This document shows positions 50,649-64,000 of a stretch of 64,000 nt of DNA, piece by piece; within the stretch, counting starts at the first letter, position 1, and each line of letters starts with the position of its first letter. Source of the DNA: Chrysomallon squamiferum (Eukaryota; Animalia; Mollusca). A program made the position numbers and the translations under genes. The DNA lies in the NCBI GenBank assembly GCA_012295275.1, contig CM022665.1, positions 4,092,001 through 4,156,000 of the forward strand, written 5' to 3'. Under the pieces are notes generated by a model. That model worked only from the letters and a program-made list of their open reading frames with translations. It did no database searches and had not been told where the DNA came from.

Positions 50649-52046
50649 GAACACAGACACACTCTCACACTCACACACACACACACACACACAAAGACAC
50701 AAAAACAAATAGACAATGTATTATTTTATGTTGTGCATTAATCATAGCAAACATGTTACGATGTCATAATGAAAAGTACTGCTGTCAAATTTAATCACCA
50801 TCTACAGTTTTATTCTCTCTGTGCATGCTGGGTTGTTTGTGACAAGATGCATGTCACACCCGTTTTTATTTTTTATTTTATTGCATATATATATCACGAA
50901 CAAGACCTATTCAGCCAATGGTGTGTTGTGTTTGTCTTCCTGACATTCAAAAAAAATAAAATTTAATGACCACCATTTCCCGGTTTCAAAATTAGCATAA
51001 AATATTACGACTTTAAAAATGTTTTTATAACTGTAAAAGCTGATGGTGGCTTTGTGACAAAATAAAACTGATTTTAATTTGTTATTATTAATTTTTTTTT
51101 TTTTTTTCAGTTGACTAAAACTGGTAGAAAAAAAATATAAAAAATATATTTTTGATGAATATAAATAATTTTATGTCCGTTAGATCATAGATGTTAACTC
51201 ATGGATTTTGATAAAAATTTAAATATTTTTATATCTACATTAAAAATAACTCAAATTGCAAAAACAGTGAGTTTAAGAACATAAATTTGTTCATATATGA
51301 ATGAACTGTAACACTAAGAAAAAAATAAAAAAAATTTTTTTTTTAACTAGTTATTATTTATTATTTCTGTAGTAGGTAAGAATAATTTATCCTAAAACTA
51401 AAAAACATTTATTGAAAAATTTAATTAGTTTCTACTACTACATTAAAATACCCCTTGATTATAATTAATGATTTCTACAAGGTAAAAAATGCAAACTACT
51501 GATAAATTTGTATTTATAATTCATATACTGGTAGTAGTCGAATTTTCCTCTCATTATCTTGGTATAACATCAAGTGCAAATAATACAAGTATGTACAAGT
51601 GTGAATACACACATTTCAGTGTGTTTAGGTGTGAATCCATGAGCTTAGCAACTTATCACATAGAATTGTAAGACAACACCACAAAGTTGGGCACACATGG
51701 CAAAATGGACGGATATAACTGTTGAACCTGCTAGCCAAAACACACAAATAAATTTTCATTTAAATCTTTGCTAACAGTTTTGCACAAATATGACACGCTT
51801 ATTCATCTCATTGACACCAGAAAAGCAAACAGAATTAATCCCCAGTGTTACAAAAGTAATTCTTTCCAGAAAGCTCAAGTTAAATACAGTGTTCTGGCGT
51901 TAACATTTTGGGGGAGAAAATGCTGGTATTGAGGTTAAGTCTTATCCTTGTTTGTTTGAATGACAATGCATTTTGTGTGTTGTGGTTGTTGAAGTATGTT
52001 ATCTTAATACTACTTTGGTAATAATACTGTAATCTCTGTGATTGCC

Positions 52047-52048
<2 letters not shown>

Positions 52049-52114
<66 letters not shown>
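52049..52114. repeat. (TG)n microsatellite
   Basis: Read directly from the sequence. Confidence 0.95.
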
Positions 52115-52115
<1 letters not shown>

Positions 52116-52485
52116 TTGTTTCTCTGTCTTACATTTTTAACCGTATTGTTTCCAGCACAATAGATTTAACTACAACTAATTTCAAGTCAAACAAATCAAA
52201 ATTAATTATTTAAGATATACATCTAATGATAAACATCAATGATGTTTAATTTTAAAAAAAATTTTAATCTCTGATATCATTACACCAATGATTAACTCGC
52301 TGGTAGCTGTTATATAATTAATAATAAATAAGAACATCTTTTTTTTTCTTCTATTTTATTTGTTAACTTTTTTCTTTTCATTTTCTGTTTTTTTAATTTG
52401 TTTTTAATTTTAAAACCAATAATCTGTTGTTGTTGTTGAATTGATTATTATTAGTAGTAGTAGGTAGTTGAAGTAGTAGTAGTAG

Positions 52486-52523
<38 letters not shown>

Positions 52524-53234
52524 TAGTAGTAGTAGTAGTAGCAGTATTTCTAAGAAAGATGTTCATTATTCTGTCATGGAAAAAGAAAGAACTGAGAAAA
52601 CAATTTAATAAAATTTAAATAAAAACAACAGTAACAATAGAAGTAATGAAACAACAACAACAACAACAACTATAACAACTACAACAACAACAACAACTAT
52701 AACAACTACAACAACAACAACAACCACTCAGTTAAACAATTCAACACTACCACTCCATACATCTCTCTGTACAGCAATGTGAAAAACTGTATCACTTCTG
52801 CATGCATTATTAACTGGGCAACACTAGGAGACCAATGTTTGATTGAACAAGTGTCTGTGTTGCTTAATCAAGTTGTGCTAAGCAGTAACATTTCGACCAA
52901 ACACACTGATTGACAGAAGAAGAGTGAACTTTCATCTCTGAAGATTTTAATTAAATAAGACAGCAAGCTGTCAGTTATTTTCATAAAAAATCACATTCTC
53001 TGTATCCTGATATCAGCTGCACGTCAGAAGTACTGAGAGAGATTTTGTTTGAAAAACACCAAGATGTTTTCTTATAAAATATAATTTAGCTGTCAGGATA
53101 TTTTTTTTTTTTTTTTTATTATTTTTAATTTAAGTCAAATGATTAGAGATTAATTAAAGAAGACATCTGTTGTCACATTTTTTTTTAACTCCATTTTTTA
53201 ACGTGCAGTGAACTTTTCAAGTGCAAAACTGTAA

Positions 53235-53620
53235 CACAGAGGTCTGCTGAAGTTCTCTACAAAATGGTTTGTGATGAAAAGGTTTGGTGAAAGTCTCTGT
53301 TAAAAAATGATGATGTAAATCTTGTGAAGTTTGCTAGAGCCCAAAATATAATGCATGAGCCTGGTGAAATTCGCTAACTGCAACTTAGATGTCTAGTGAA
53401 GTTTTCCCGTGTAAATTCACAAGTATGGTGAAGTTCTCTGTCAAAATTGTAACAGATAAGTCTTGTGAAGTTCTCTGTAAAAAAATTATTACATATAAGT
53501 CTGATGAAATTCTGTGTAAGGTAATTGTAATAGACAATGTCTTCTGAAGTTCTCTATAAAATATAAAACAATAATAGTAAGTTTTGTGAAGTCTATAAAA
53601 TAAAAAAATAAAAATCAAGT
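53235..53620. repeat. Degenerate tandem array, about 38-40 bp unit
   Basis: Recurrent (G)TGAAGTTCTCTGTAAAA. Confidence 0.75.
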
Positions 53621-54216
53621 TCAGTCAACCTAAAAATAGATGGTAAAATATTTTTCTTTAATGTTCAGATTAAATATATTCTTGACACTGGACACTGTTT
53701 TTGAAATCATTTATCAGTGCTAAAGGTTAGTGAATTCAGTAATAATAATAATAATTATTATTATTATTTTTTTTTTTAATTTTGGATTTAAGAGAAAAAA
53801 ACCCAACCCAGATGTGTTGTTATATAAAATCTAAAGCTTTTCTTTTACTTTTGGTATTTATTTATTACTAGCAAATTTATTGTTATTTTATTTTAGTTAG
53901 ATATTCTTTTATTTATTTATTTTTTTATTAAGTACAAACATAAATATATAGTTTAGTTGCATGTATCAAATAATTTGTAAGTATTTGGATTTGTTTTGTT
54001 TTTTATATAAAATTAAGAAAACATTGTATTTTTTATGATGACTTGCCTTTATAAAATAAAAAAAATTATAAACTGAAAAAGAAAAAGAAAAAGAAAAAGA
54101 AATAAAGTAAAAGAGATGGAAATAAATGCAGATGGAAAAAAAAATTTACACAATATTAGTTCAGCAGAATTCAGTGCCTGAATTTTTAAAGATTTTTTTT
54201 TTTTAAGTGGTTCTCT

Positions 54217-54363
54217 TTTATTTTCTACTTTCAATAATGCATAGAAGAGTTCAGAAGATGTTTGTTTTCAAACATTAAATCTTCTGTTTTATTTTCTACT
54301 TTCAATAATGCATAGAAGAGTTCAGAAGATGTTTGTTTTCAAACATTAAATCTTCTGTTTTAT
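54217..54363. repeat. Exact tandem duplication, 71 bp x2
   Basis: TTTTCTACTTTCAATAATGCATAGAAGAGTTCAGAAGATG..CTTCTGTTTTAT occurs twice. Confidence 0.93.
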
Positions 54364-56026
54364 TTAAATTATCTTAACAAGAAATGCAAACATCCTGACA
54401 TTTGTTTAAAATTAAAAAAAGTTTTTATTGTAATTGAACAAGGCAAAAAAAAAAAAAGAATGAAATAAACCAGATTAAAAATAAAGTGAATAAGAAAATT
54501 ATTTTATTATTATTATTTATTTATTTATTTATTTATTTTTTTAATGTATTTTTTTTTTTAGCCTTAATCACTGCGTGGGATACTGGTTAGATTGGGATAG
54601 GTTATGTGTGGAAAGACATCTATCTTTCTGCTATAGGTCAGATGAAAAATGTAAACTGAATTAATATTACTGAGAAAAATAGGATAGCTATTTACTGATG
54701 AACCTAATTTCCATAAATAATAAATAAAAAAATCATCCATTTTCAAAATATCTCATAATTCATACCAAGTAATGCAAACAAAATATATCTCATGATTCAT
54801 AAATAACCATTAACAAACAAGGGAAATGAAAGAACAACAACATTGTTTTTCTAAGTGTTTTGAAATTTAAAAGAAAAAAAACCCACACTGTTGTATGACT
54901 AAATGTAATATTAACCAGTGAGATAAGACTCATTCAAATACTTTTGTCTTCTGAAACCATTAACTTCTATCAACACTAATATCAAAATATGTCTTTCTAA
55001 TTTTTTCTTATATTTTTTGTTTTTTATTTTGTTTTTTAAATTTAAATTTTTTTTTTTTTTTTTTTTTTTTTAAGAAGAAAAGCATTTTAAATCAAAACAG
55101 GTTAAACAGTCCTTGTTACATTTATTGCACTTAAAATAATATGAAATATTCTTCTTTTGTGTCTCATATTAACTCCTGGGCTCTGATCAGCAGTGATAAG
55201 GCAGCCACAAGGTATCAACACATTGTTTGATTTTTAAAAAAAAAAAAAAAAAAGCACAACTGAAATGATAATGCATGCTCTTAACTGCTCACTTGTCAGA
55301 CTAGATTTGGGTTTCTCAACAAATTAAAAGTCTTCAAAACACAAAACAGCACTTAGAAATTCTGAATACATGAGAACCAGTGAAGCAATACTGGGGTAGA
55401 AGTAGAAAATTGGAATGTGAATTATTTATTAAAAAAATAATATTTGCAAATGCAGTCTCTAAGAAGGAGTTTTAAGTGATTACAAATACCATCAAAAGAT
55501 AGGTAAACAAATAATACTAATACTAGTATTAATTGTAGTAGGGGTAGTCTAAATAATATATTAAATGTGAATTTTTTTTTTAAACTAAAATTGAAATGTT
55601 GAGTCATTACAAAAATAAATGCAAAGGTAATTTTATTTATTCTTTTTTTTTTTTTTTAATTAACTGTTGATCTAAGGCAGTGGTTTGAATGGCTATTCAT
55701 GATTGCTTCAACCAGTTATGAATAAAAACACATTACTAGATGTTTGCATGCAGAATTATACAGAATTGTGTGCATATGCAAACAAACCAAACCTGCATTA
55801 GTCAATACATAAAATCATCTACATGTATGCACTATATATATATATATGTGTATTAAACATGTATTTATGTGTATGTATGTGTGTGTTAATAATATTCATA
55901 ATAATTATAAATCCCAGTTCTTTAAATATTTACTATGTTTTTATTTTTAATGTTTTATTTTTTCTTACATTTTTTTTTTTTAAACCCAACAGAAAAAACA
56001 ATGTACAAAACATATTTCTGCATAAC

Positions 56027-56073
<47 letters not shown>

Positions 56074-56269
56074 TAACATTTGAAAAACTTATCCAAGCAA
56101 TGAATAAATGAATGAATGAATAATTTCATTAATTCATATTTGTTAACTACCACTCTGTGATTAACTTTATTATTAATAATTATTATGTATATAAAAATCC
56201 TGCTGTGCAACACTATGGGCTATTTTACTAATTTGCAATAATAGATGTTTTATATGTACACTTTTTCTG

Positions 56270-56425
56270 TACAGAAAACACATATAATGAATGGCCTTTG
56301 ATAAATCAGTTGTGAAAAATTGGCTGGTATAGGAAATTACTCAAAGGATGCACTGAGAATAATCAGTCGTATAATCTATCATATCCAAAGTTTGTGTTCT
56401 AACCACTTAGCTTCAGCCCACTCAT
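56270..56425 (-). mobile_element. Degenerate SINE-like repeat copy, same family
   Basis: ATGGCCTTTGATAAATCAGTTGTGAAAAATTGGCTGG, collinear with 43971-44100. Confidence 0.55.
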
Positions 56426-57464
56426 TTTCTATATTTTATATAAAATATCTTAATTACATAGCATTTTAAAAAATTTAAATTTAAAAAAAAAAAATTTAAT
56501 TAGTAATTTGGATTTATAAACAAACACCAATCAATAAAATAAATAAAAAAAAAAAAAAAATAAAATAAAATAAAATAAAATAAAAATAAAATAAAATAAA
56601 ATAAAATTAAAATAAACAATATATACCAATCAATTACACAAAACAAATAAACATTAAAAATTGAATAATACTAGTGTGAAATTATTAATTTTGTTAAAAT
56701 AAATTCAAATGTCTCGTAGGCATTTTTCAAATATCCAGCTCCTCACTATGTATCTTTGTCTTCAGACAGTGCCATTGAATTTCAACAGTATTATTTTTTT
56801 TTTTCTCCTAGCTCCAGGGAAGAGCTGAAACCCTAGCAGTGACAGTGCACCACTGAGACCATTCTAATTATCTGGTTCACCAGGCTTTTATCCCACAATT
56901 TATTTTTCCATATTACTTTATGGAAAATGCCCTGAAGTCATCCAACTATATGACAACTGCAGATAATCCTGCACCAGAGAACTAAGTAGTTAATTAATTA
57001 TTGAAAGCAGATGTCTCAATACTGCAGAAAGCTATGGGGGAAAAAAGAAGAAGGGAAAAAAAAAAAAGGAAAAACCATTAGCTCTGCAGATAAAAGCCAT
57101 AAAAAAAATTAACTCTGAAAATCTGCATCCCAGAATGGACTGGAGTAGCAATATCCTTCCTCCATTACCCCACGTAAGACTGATAATTGTGAGAAATCTC
57201 TCTGCTGATGAAATGTGGAGTTAGAAGCTCACAAATAAAAAGAAGCAAAAAAAAAAAAAAAAAACCCAAAAACCAAAGGATGAACTCAGTGACAGTCAGT
57301 GAGAAGAAGGAAGATGATGGAATCCAATCAGTGAAAGACTGAACATTAATTCATCAAAAGAAAATCCTTGCTAGTGTCAACCCCAGCTGGTAATTACCGC
57401 AGCTCAATCTTCTCTGTGGCAGCCAATACATCAAGTGTCATAACAAGCAGCTAATGAAGCCACT

Positions 57465-57990
57465 TATGAATGAGCCCACTGTATGAATATAACCCAATGT
57501 TTAAGCTCAGTGAATGAATGTCTCCGAATGTTTTGAGCTTTGTGAATGAATATGAGTATCCGAGCTCACTGAATGAATAAGTACAAATGTTTGACTTAAA
57601 ACAATATTTGAGCTTTGTAATGTGTGAAAATGTTTCAGTTCACTGAATGGACAAAGCAAAAATATCTGAATTTGGTAAATAAATATAACGAAGATGCATA
57701 ATGAGTAAATATATGAGTTCACTACAGCCAAATGTTTAATGATTGAATGCATCAGAATGTTTAACTTTAAGCTGTGTTGTTGAATGAAATGTTTAAACTT
57801 TATCACTGAATATATCAAAAATGTTTAAGCTTTCTAAATATCTCAAGGTATAAAGAAAACAACTAAAGATATTTTGTTAATGAATAGATCAAAATTTTCA
57901 ATGAATAAACATCTCAAAATGCTTAGTCATTGAATGAATATTTCAAGTTGTTTAAGCTTTGTGAATGAATGTTTCAAAATGTTTCAAGTA
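57465..57990. repeat. Degenerate tandem array, about 30 bp unit
   Basis: TGAATGAATATCTCAAAATGTTTAAGCT variants. Confidence 0.75.
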
Positions 57991-58810
57991 AAACAATATC
58001 TCAAGTTATTTCAGTTTGTTTAATATCTAAAGATGATAAATTCCCATTCTTGAGATGCACTCACCCACACTCTGAGATACAAGATACACAAGCAAATTCT
58101 ATTAACATCCCCACTTTATTTAGCATAACAATAAGAAGAAAAAAAAATTAAAAACTGAAAAACATGGAGTCCTTGATCCCTTTTGAAATTAATCAACCAA
58201 ACTGTCCTTTTTATTATTTTCCATTAATTTTGAAAGGGATTTTCAAGGGAGAAAGAAATTAAAGGCAAATAAAGAGTTTTCATTTTATATTCTTTTCCCA
58301 TTTAGCTGTGTATGGATTGTGACAATTTGAACTATAAAATTTATAAATCTTCGAGTTTTAATTCTAAAGCCAATTTTTATTTACTTTTATTTTTTATGTA
58401 TTCAAGTATGAAATGGATGAGAAATGACTATTGCATTTACATATGTAAGATTAATAAAACACTATAATGTATTTATTTTATCCATCCAATTTAATTGAAA
58501 ATATTTCTAACCAATCTTCCAGAGGAAATTAAACTTTGAGCCTTTTTTTTTCCTTTTTTTTCTTTTGTTATGGAAATGACAAGAAAAATAAATATAAAAA
58601 GATAATAAAAATAATGAAAAATGAACAAAAAGACCCTCTGAGTAAGTCCAAAGAAAAAAAAAAAAAACGAAATTTATGAAGAAATATGCATAGACGAAGA
58701 AACACTCAGAGTCAGTTCATTGTAATTTAAAATATTCCTAACAGTTGGGTATATTTTTGTTCTTGTAGATTCTTTAATATAGTAGTCTGTCAAAAAACCA
58801 ACAAACCTCC

Positions 58811-58853
<43 letters not shown>

Positions 58854-61800
58854 CATAAATAATAATACAACCTTCTTTAAAACAAATAATTTTCAAATTG
58901 AATCTCACCAAGTGTTGTCCTGAATGATAACAAAGAACACTTAAATTTTAAAACACTGAAAATCAGTAGCACTGTTTTGAAAGCTGTACAAGAAACTATG
59001 ACTTTATATGATGGCTTTCACACAACAAATAATGGACTTACAGTCTTAACTGCATATTTCAATTATTTTACATAATAATAAAGAAAAGAAAATGCATTAA
59101 TTGGGACATATCTGTCTTTTAACAAAAAAAGCCAGTATTCTCCCATTTGACACAAAATAAAACAACATAAATGCACACTAATCCTGTCATATCTATACAC
59201 TAATGGAATGACAATGTTTCAAGGCTGATGAACAGAACATTATGTTCTCTAATTCTCATTAGATTAGACTTTTACATTACTGAAATCTGGGTTTATGAAA
59301 AGAATGTGCGTAAAAACAGGAAAAAGCAGATGTGTAACTGATGGGAAAGTAAATTAAACTTCATACAGTATGTACCAGATTACATTTGGCAGTGTTCTTT
59401 AAGTATAATTAGTGAATTAAAAGCAGAGCACTGCAATTAAACTAAAAACAAATATAACCTAACAACTTAATGGAAACCATCATGTACCATCTTGTACCAT
59501 GGTGGCAACCAAAAAAATGCCTTAAGCTTATCTAAGTAAGAGACCAGCTACTTAATTATTATAACTTGCATGAATTAGCTGTGGGTGAATAATAATAATA
59601 AAAAAGAAAGAGCAATAAATCAACAGTAACTAGAGGAATTAATGAGCCTTTCATTGAATGTAAAAGCTTACAAACTGCTACAACCACTCAACATTCTTGT
59701 GTCGTTCTGCTTGCCAGAAATACATTTACACCATTAACTCTTGTTCCTTATCAACCAAACAAAGAAGCACCTGTTCTTTTCACTTTTATCTCAGAAGTCT
59801 TTCTTGTTATCTTTTAAGAGGTACTTTCTTCCTCTTTTTTTTTTTTTTCTCATTGTTTTTTTTCTTTTTCCCCTCTTTCATTCTGTCTCTCTCTTTTCTG
59901 TCTCTCCTTTTCTCTCCCTCATCTCTATCTCTCTCTGACTTCCTACTATTTCGGATATAAAACAAGCAAATAATGATAGACAGAAAAGTGAATTCATGTT
60001 CAGTAATGTTAATAAGAAGTCTTGTTGTCATGGTATGGGAATAGCTATGGGTTCAAGTTATTACACTTTAGCCCAACATAATGTCAACATGCCAGAGCTG
60101 TAATAAATGTTGATTGGGTTCTGCTGGTTTAGTGAAAACCATTTTTATGATATACTGATGTGGTGTGTAATGTGTGTTCAAACAAACTGTTAATAAACTT
60201 TCCATATATTATTACTATTTTCAGATAGCTCACAACATTGGCCAGATCAGGAAAAGAATACAAAAGATCAGAATTATGTTATTTTTCATAATTAATTTTA
60301 ATTCCTGTGACCAAGAGAGTTTTAAATAGCAAAAGAAATCACTTGCATAAAGATACATCCAAGCAAGACATAACCACAACACATACAAATACACAAACAA
60401 CATACACAAACCACAATACACAAACAGCATATACTGTAACATATGGTGTACATTGTGTACTGGATAGCTTCATCACCTGCAGCTAATACAGATGGTAGCT
60501 GTTAGGGATTCATCATCCAGTGTCTGACTGGTTGCTACAACATCAATGGAATCTCTAACATTTTTCCTTCTGTTATGAATCTCAGACTTCTGTACAAGAT
60601 TCCAATCTGCAGCAGGCATGTGTTTGTGTGTACATAAATTTATAAATATCTGTGTGGGTGAAGGTGTATGTGTGTGTCTGTGTGTGTATATGTGAATGTG
60701 TGTGTATAAATGTGTTTAGTGCAGTGTATATCATGTTTTAATTCCCCCAAAATTTGGTTTTAGGTACATACTAGACTGGAATAACTATCCATCAATTAAC
60801 AAATTTATGACATGGTTTTAACTCCATTTTCACTGAAAATCCTTCAGAGAGAGAGAGACATATACAAAAAGAGAGACAGAGAAATAGATGCAAAGTGAGG
60901 GAGAGAGAGAAAGAGAGAGAGAACAAAGGATTGTGCATGAATATGCATGTCTTTTTGAACACCAGTGACTGCATTCTTTAGTTCCTTTATGTTACCTTTA
61001 GGGTACTTGTACCAAGAGCATTAATTATCAAGCTAAAGTCGAGAGTTTGTCAAAGATGATTTTTTTCATGACCTGTATATTTCAAACACAGCCTTCATTT
61101 TGAACCCAGGTTTATAAAAACTAATTAATTATATATAAAATTACAGGATTGTCTTTCACAAAAATGTTTGCAATGTGTGTGTGTGTGAAATATTGCATTT
61201 CCTTTCTCACATTATACTGTTATATTTGACATCCTTTCTCACTGCAAACTTGTCAGGTTTCTTTCCAACAACAAGGACCAGTACACCCAACAGAGCATTC
61301 CTACTGTTTTACAACAAGACATGGTAATAGAATTAAATTATATCCCAACATTAAGTCCCACCAGAGTTACACCACTAACACAGTTAACAATTTACAAACA
61401 AGGATTAGACATGGGGATTTTTTTTCCACAATGATAGTTCTGACACTTCTTTTTATTGCTGTACTGCATGATAAATTCACACGCTGACAAATGGGGCTAA
61501 CGCAAACAAACACTGTAAGTATGTGTTAATAAAGAAGCAAGAAGACTTCTGACTGTCGATACTAACATTATGTAGGCTTTGTGAGTTGTCAGACAGATGA
61601 GAGCATGCAACACGACACCACCAATTACAAGACACCAGAGCTATCCACTTCTCAAAACCCCTGGCTAGTGTCCCTTCAAAATGATTTGTTACTCAGTTTA
61701 GCTATTCAGTATAAAACACCTTCATTAACATCAACCAGACACCCGTTTCTGATGAATGTACAAGTAGTTTTTCAAGTGTTTTATACAGAAATCATCTGTT

Positions 61801-61974
61801 AAATATATTACTATGCTTTTTTTTTTTTTTTTGTTTATTATTATCATTGTCATTGTCATATTACTGACCATCTTCAGGGTGAATTCTTTTTAACACAACT
61901 ACATACTTAGAAATAAATGTGAGTTGAGGTTGTCAAACCTATTGACTAGTGGAAAACATTTGTAACTGTGGCTT

Positions 61975-62125
61975 ATGCTATTTCCCATTCCAGTCCACAG
62001 GGGTGTTTGCTTTTCTGCCTATAAGAAGATGTATATTAAAAAAAAGCCTAGCTGCTGATCAGTAAGGTTAATGTCTGTAGCATCAGTAGGTGTCTCTTTC
62101 GTAAGATTATACAATACAAAATCTT
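61975..62125 (+). mobile_element. Degenerate SINE-like repeat, related
   Basis: GCTATTTCCCATTCCAG..GTATATTAAAAAAAAGCCTAGCTGCT resembles the 22750 copy and the reverse complement of 44005-44022. Confidence 0.45.
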
Positions 62126-63284
62126 AAAAGTTAAAGGTGTATGGTCAACACTTGATAAATATTCAAATATTAAACAAATATTGTGTCTACAAGGGAAGTG
62201 ATGACAACATGAAATAGATATGTGGAAATATAGTCCTCTGCCCTGAAAAACTGTTAAATCAAAACATATGGTGTGTGCTGAGCCTTCAAAAAATGTATAT
62301 AAAAATTATTTGCTATCAACTCACAAGCAGCGTTGATTCTAAACTATGGTTTCAAGAAGGATTAAGCACAGTAATTATGTAGAGACAACAAGGATTAAGT
62401 GTGAAAAATACATAACTTCATATGTCTTGTTAGAACAATATATATTAAACAGTAAAGTAGTATACCAAAGATGTAATAGCAAACATATTCAACAGAATGA
62501 TAAATGCCTTCTTGCTAAAGATGTTAATTTGAATACCAATTATTTTTTCACAAGCTGTGTGTAATAGTTGTAAAAAAAGTTTTTATCCCCATACTATATC
62601 CTGATTGGCAGGCATGGAAGAATTTGGGAAAACGATTTTGTTATCAGAAGTTAACTATCCTGCTGTGTTTGCAAAACAACTTCACATAAAGTCATTAGAT
62701 ATTATGTGTGTGCGTAAAGTAAATATAGATTCACTCATTATACCAACATCAACTGGTAAACAGCTTTGTATGTGTTGCCATAGTTACGTCATGATAAGTA
62801 TAAAAACAGATCAAGCAGTTAACAGAAAGGTCATCTCATTATTTTTCTCTTTTATTATCTTTAAAAAAAAAAAAAAAAAACATTCCTCAGATTTTTTTCC
62901 TTGATACTAATTTCAAACATGCTGTGTCTGTCATCATTAAAGGGAAAGATTTTTTTTAAATTTATTTATTTATAAATATTTTTTACTTTTTGTACATTGT
63001 CCTAAAGTATTAAGAATGTCTTTTCTTTCTTTTTTTTTGTTTTCAAACTTTTCATTTTATAATGTACACTGATACCAAAACAGCTTTTAATCAAACCAGA
63101 AGAGAAAGTTCAATAATTTATAAGCTCTTAAATTAATTCAGACAAAGCTCTTACTTCTTCTTTTTCTTTTAAAATGAATTTTCATACAAAATGTTTATAT
63201 CAAAGCAGCAAGACTCCATTAATGACAGTTCCATTTTCTTTTAGTCATTAAAATAAATCTCAATTTAAAATTATAAAAATAGAT

Positions 63285-63315
<31 letters not shown>

Positions 63316-64000
63316 GAAAATTGGCAAACAAGGACTTCATTTAAATTGATCCTCTTTTCACTTGAGTCCATTAAAGCAGGAACTGTAAAACGCCATTAAC
63401 TCAATATGCTCTTGGCTAAGGAACGAAATGACTTGCAAGAACACTCTTGCAATCCAACATGTTCCATAATGATAGTATTACCATGTTAGGGAAAAGCAAA
63501 CTATTGATCAGGTTGCACCTTCAATATGTCTCCAGCCTGCCAAATTGATTTACTGCTAGTCTGTGATTGCCAGAGATTGACAGAAATGTTCGTGGTCAGC
63601 AATTAAAGAGTTTGGTTGCAGACGAATTCGTGGTACTTGAGGGCATTGAGAGAAGCCGTTGAACACAGGACTGGTCAGTACTTCAAGTGAACCGGATGAT
63701 CTTAGCAACACACAAATAATCAGGTGGAAACATCAAACAGGATTATTACACTGAATCCCATTGACTCCCTGCAGGAATTTTAACTGGAGGCCTTTTGTAG
63801 ATGGATTAAAAAAATATATGATAATAATAATATAATAAAATATCTTACTACACTTAAATTATATTTCAGTTAAATTTTCTTTGTGTGTATGGGAGGAAGA
63901 GTCTTTATTTCTGCTGTGTATGTGTCTCTGTGTGTATATATATATATGTGTGTGGAATTTTGTTATGTCTTATGCGTGTATCACATATGATTGTATGTAG

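Noticed and set aside
61581-62904. Plus-strand ORFs (61581..61802, 62346..62564, 62605..62904) and a TATAAAA near 61710
   Set aside because: No recognisable protein motifs or exon chain; TATA-like words are expected by chance in AT-rich DNA.
49307-64000. Search for TMTC2 exon 1 (ending ..YDD-S plus donor)
   Set aside because: No convincing match. The NDD-encoding stretch near 62925-62950 lacks a donor and the upstream TM helix, so exon 1 is probably beyond 64000.

Overview
AT-rich, microsatellite-dense animal genomic DNA. A mollusc or other lophotrochozoan is likely, inferred from the repeat types. Two spliced protein-coding genes lie on the minus strand, both rebuilt by hand with GT-AG junctions and matching codon phases. 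(1) TMTC2, a protein O-mannosyltransferase with TM/DUF1736 and TPR domains: 12 coding exons from 49306 to the stop at 31969. Its first exon was not found and probably lies right of the window. (2) A KIAA2012-like gene: ATG at 21149 and at least 15 coding exons running off the left edge, with X-box (RFX)-like motifs near the start and in introns. The most striking non-coding pattern is that several degenerate tandem arrays begin at splice junctions and consist of copies of the junction itself, some keeping intact decoy splice sites. Also present are a palindromic Tc1/mariner relic built from two 5' ends, a dense CAGGTR motif cluster, a possible alternative donor plus 16-nt micro-exon, SINE-like and MITE-like remnants, and many satellites. 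Most ORF-track entries are microsatellite artefacts. Homology calls come from recalled sequences, not database searches.
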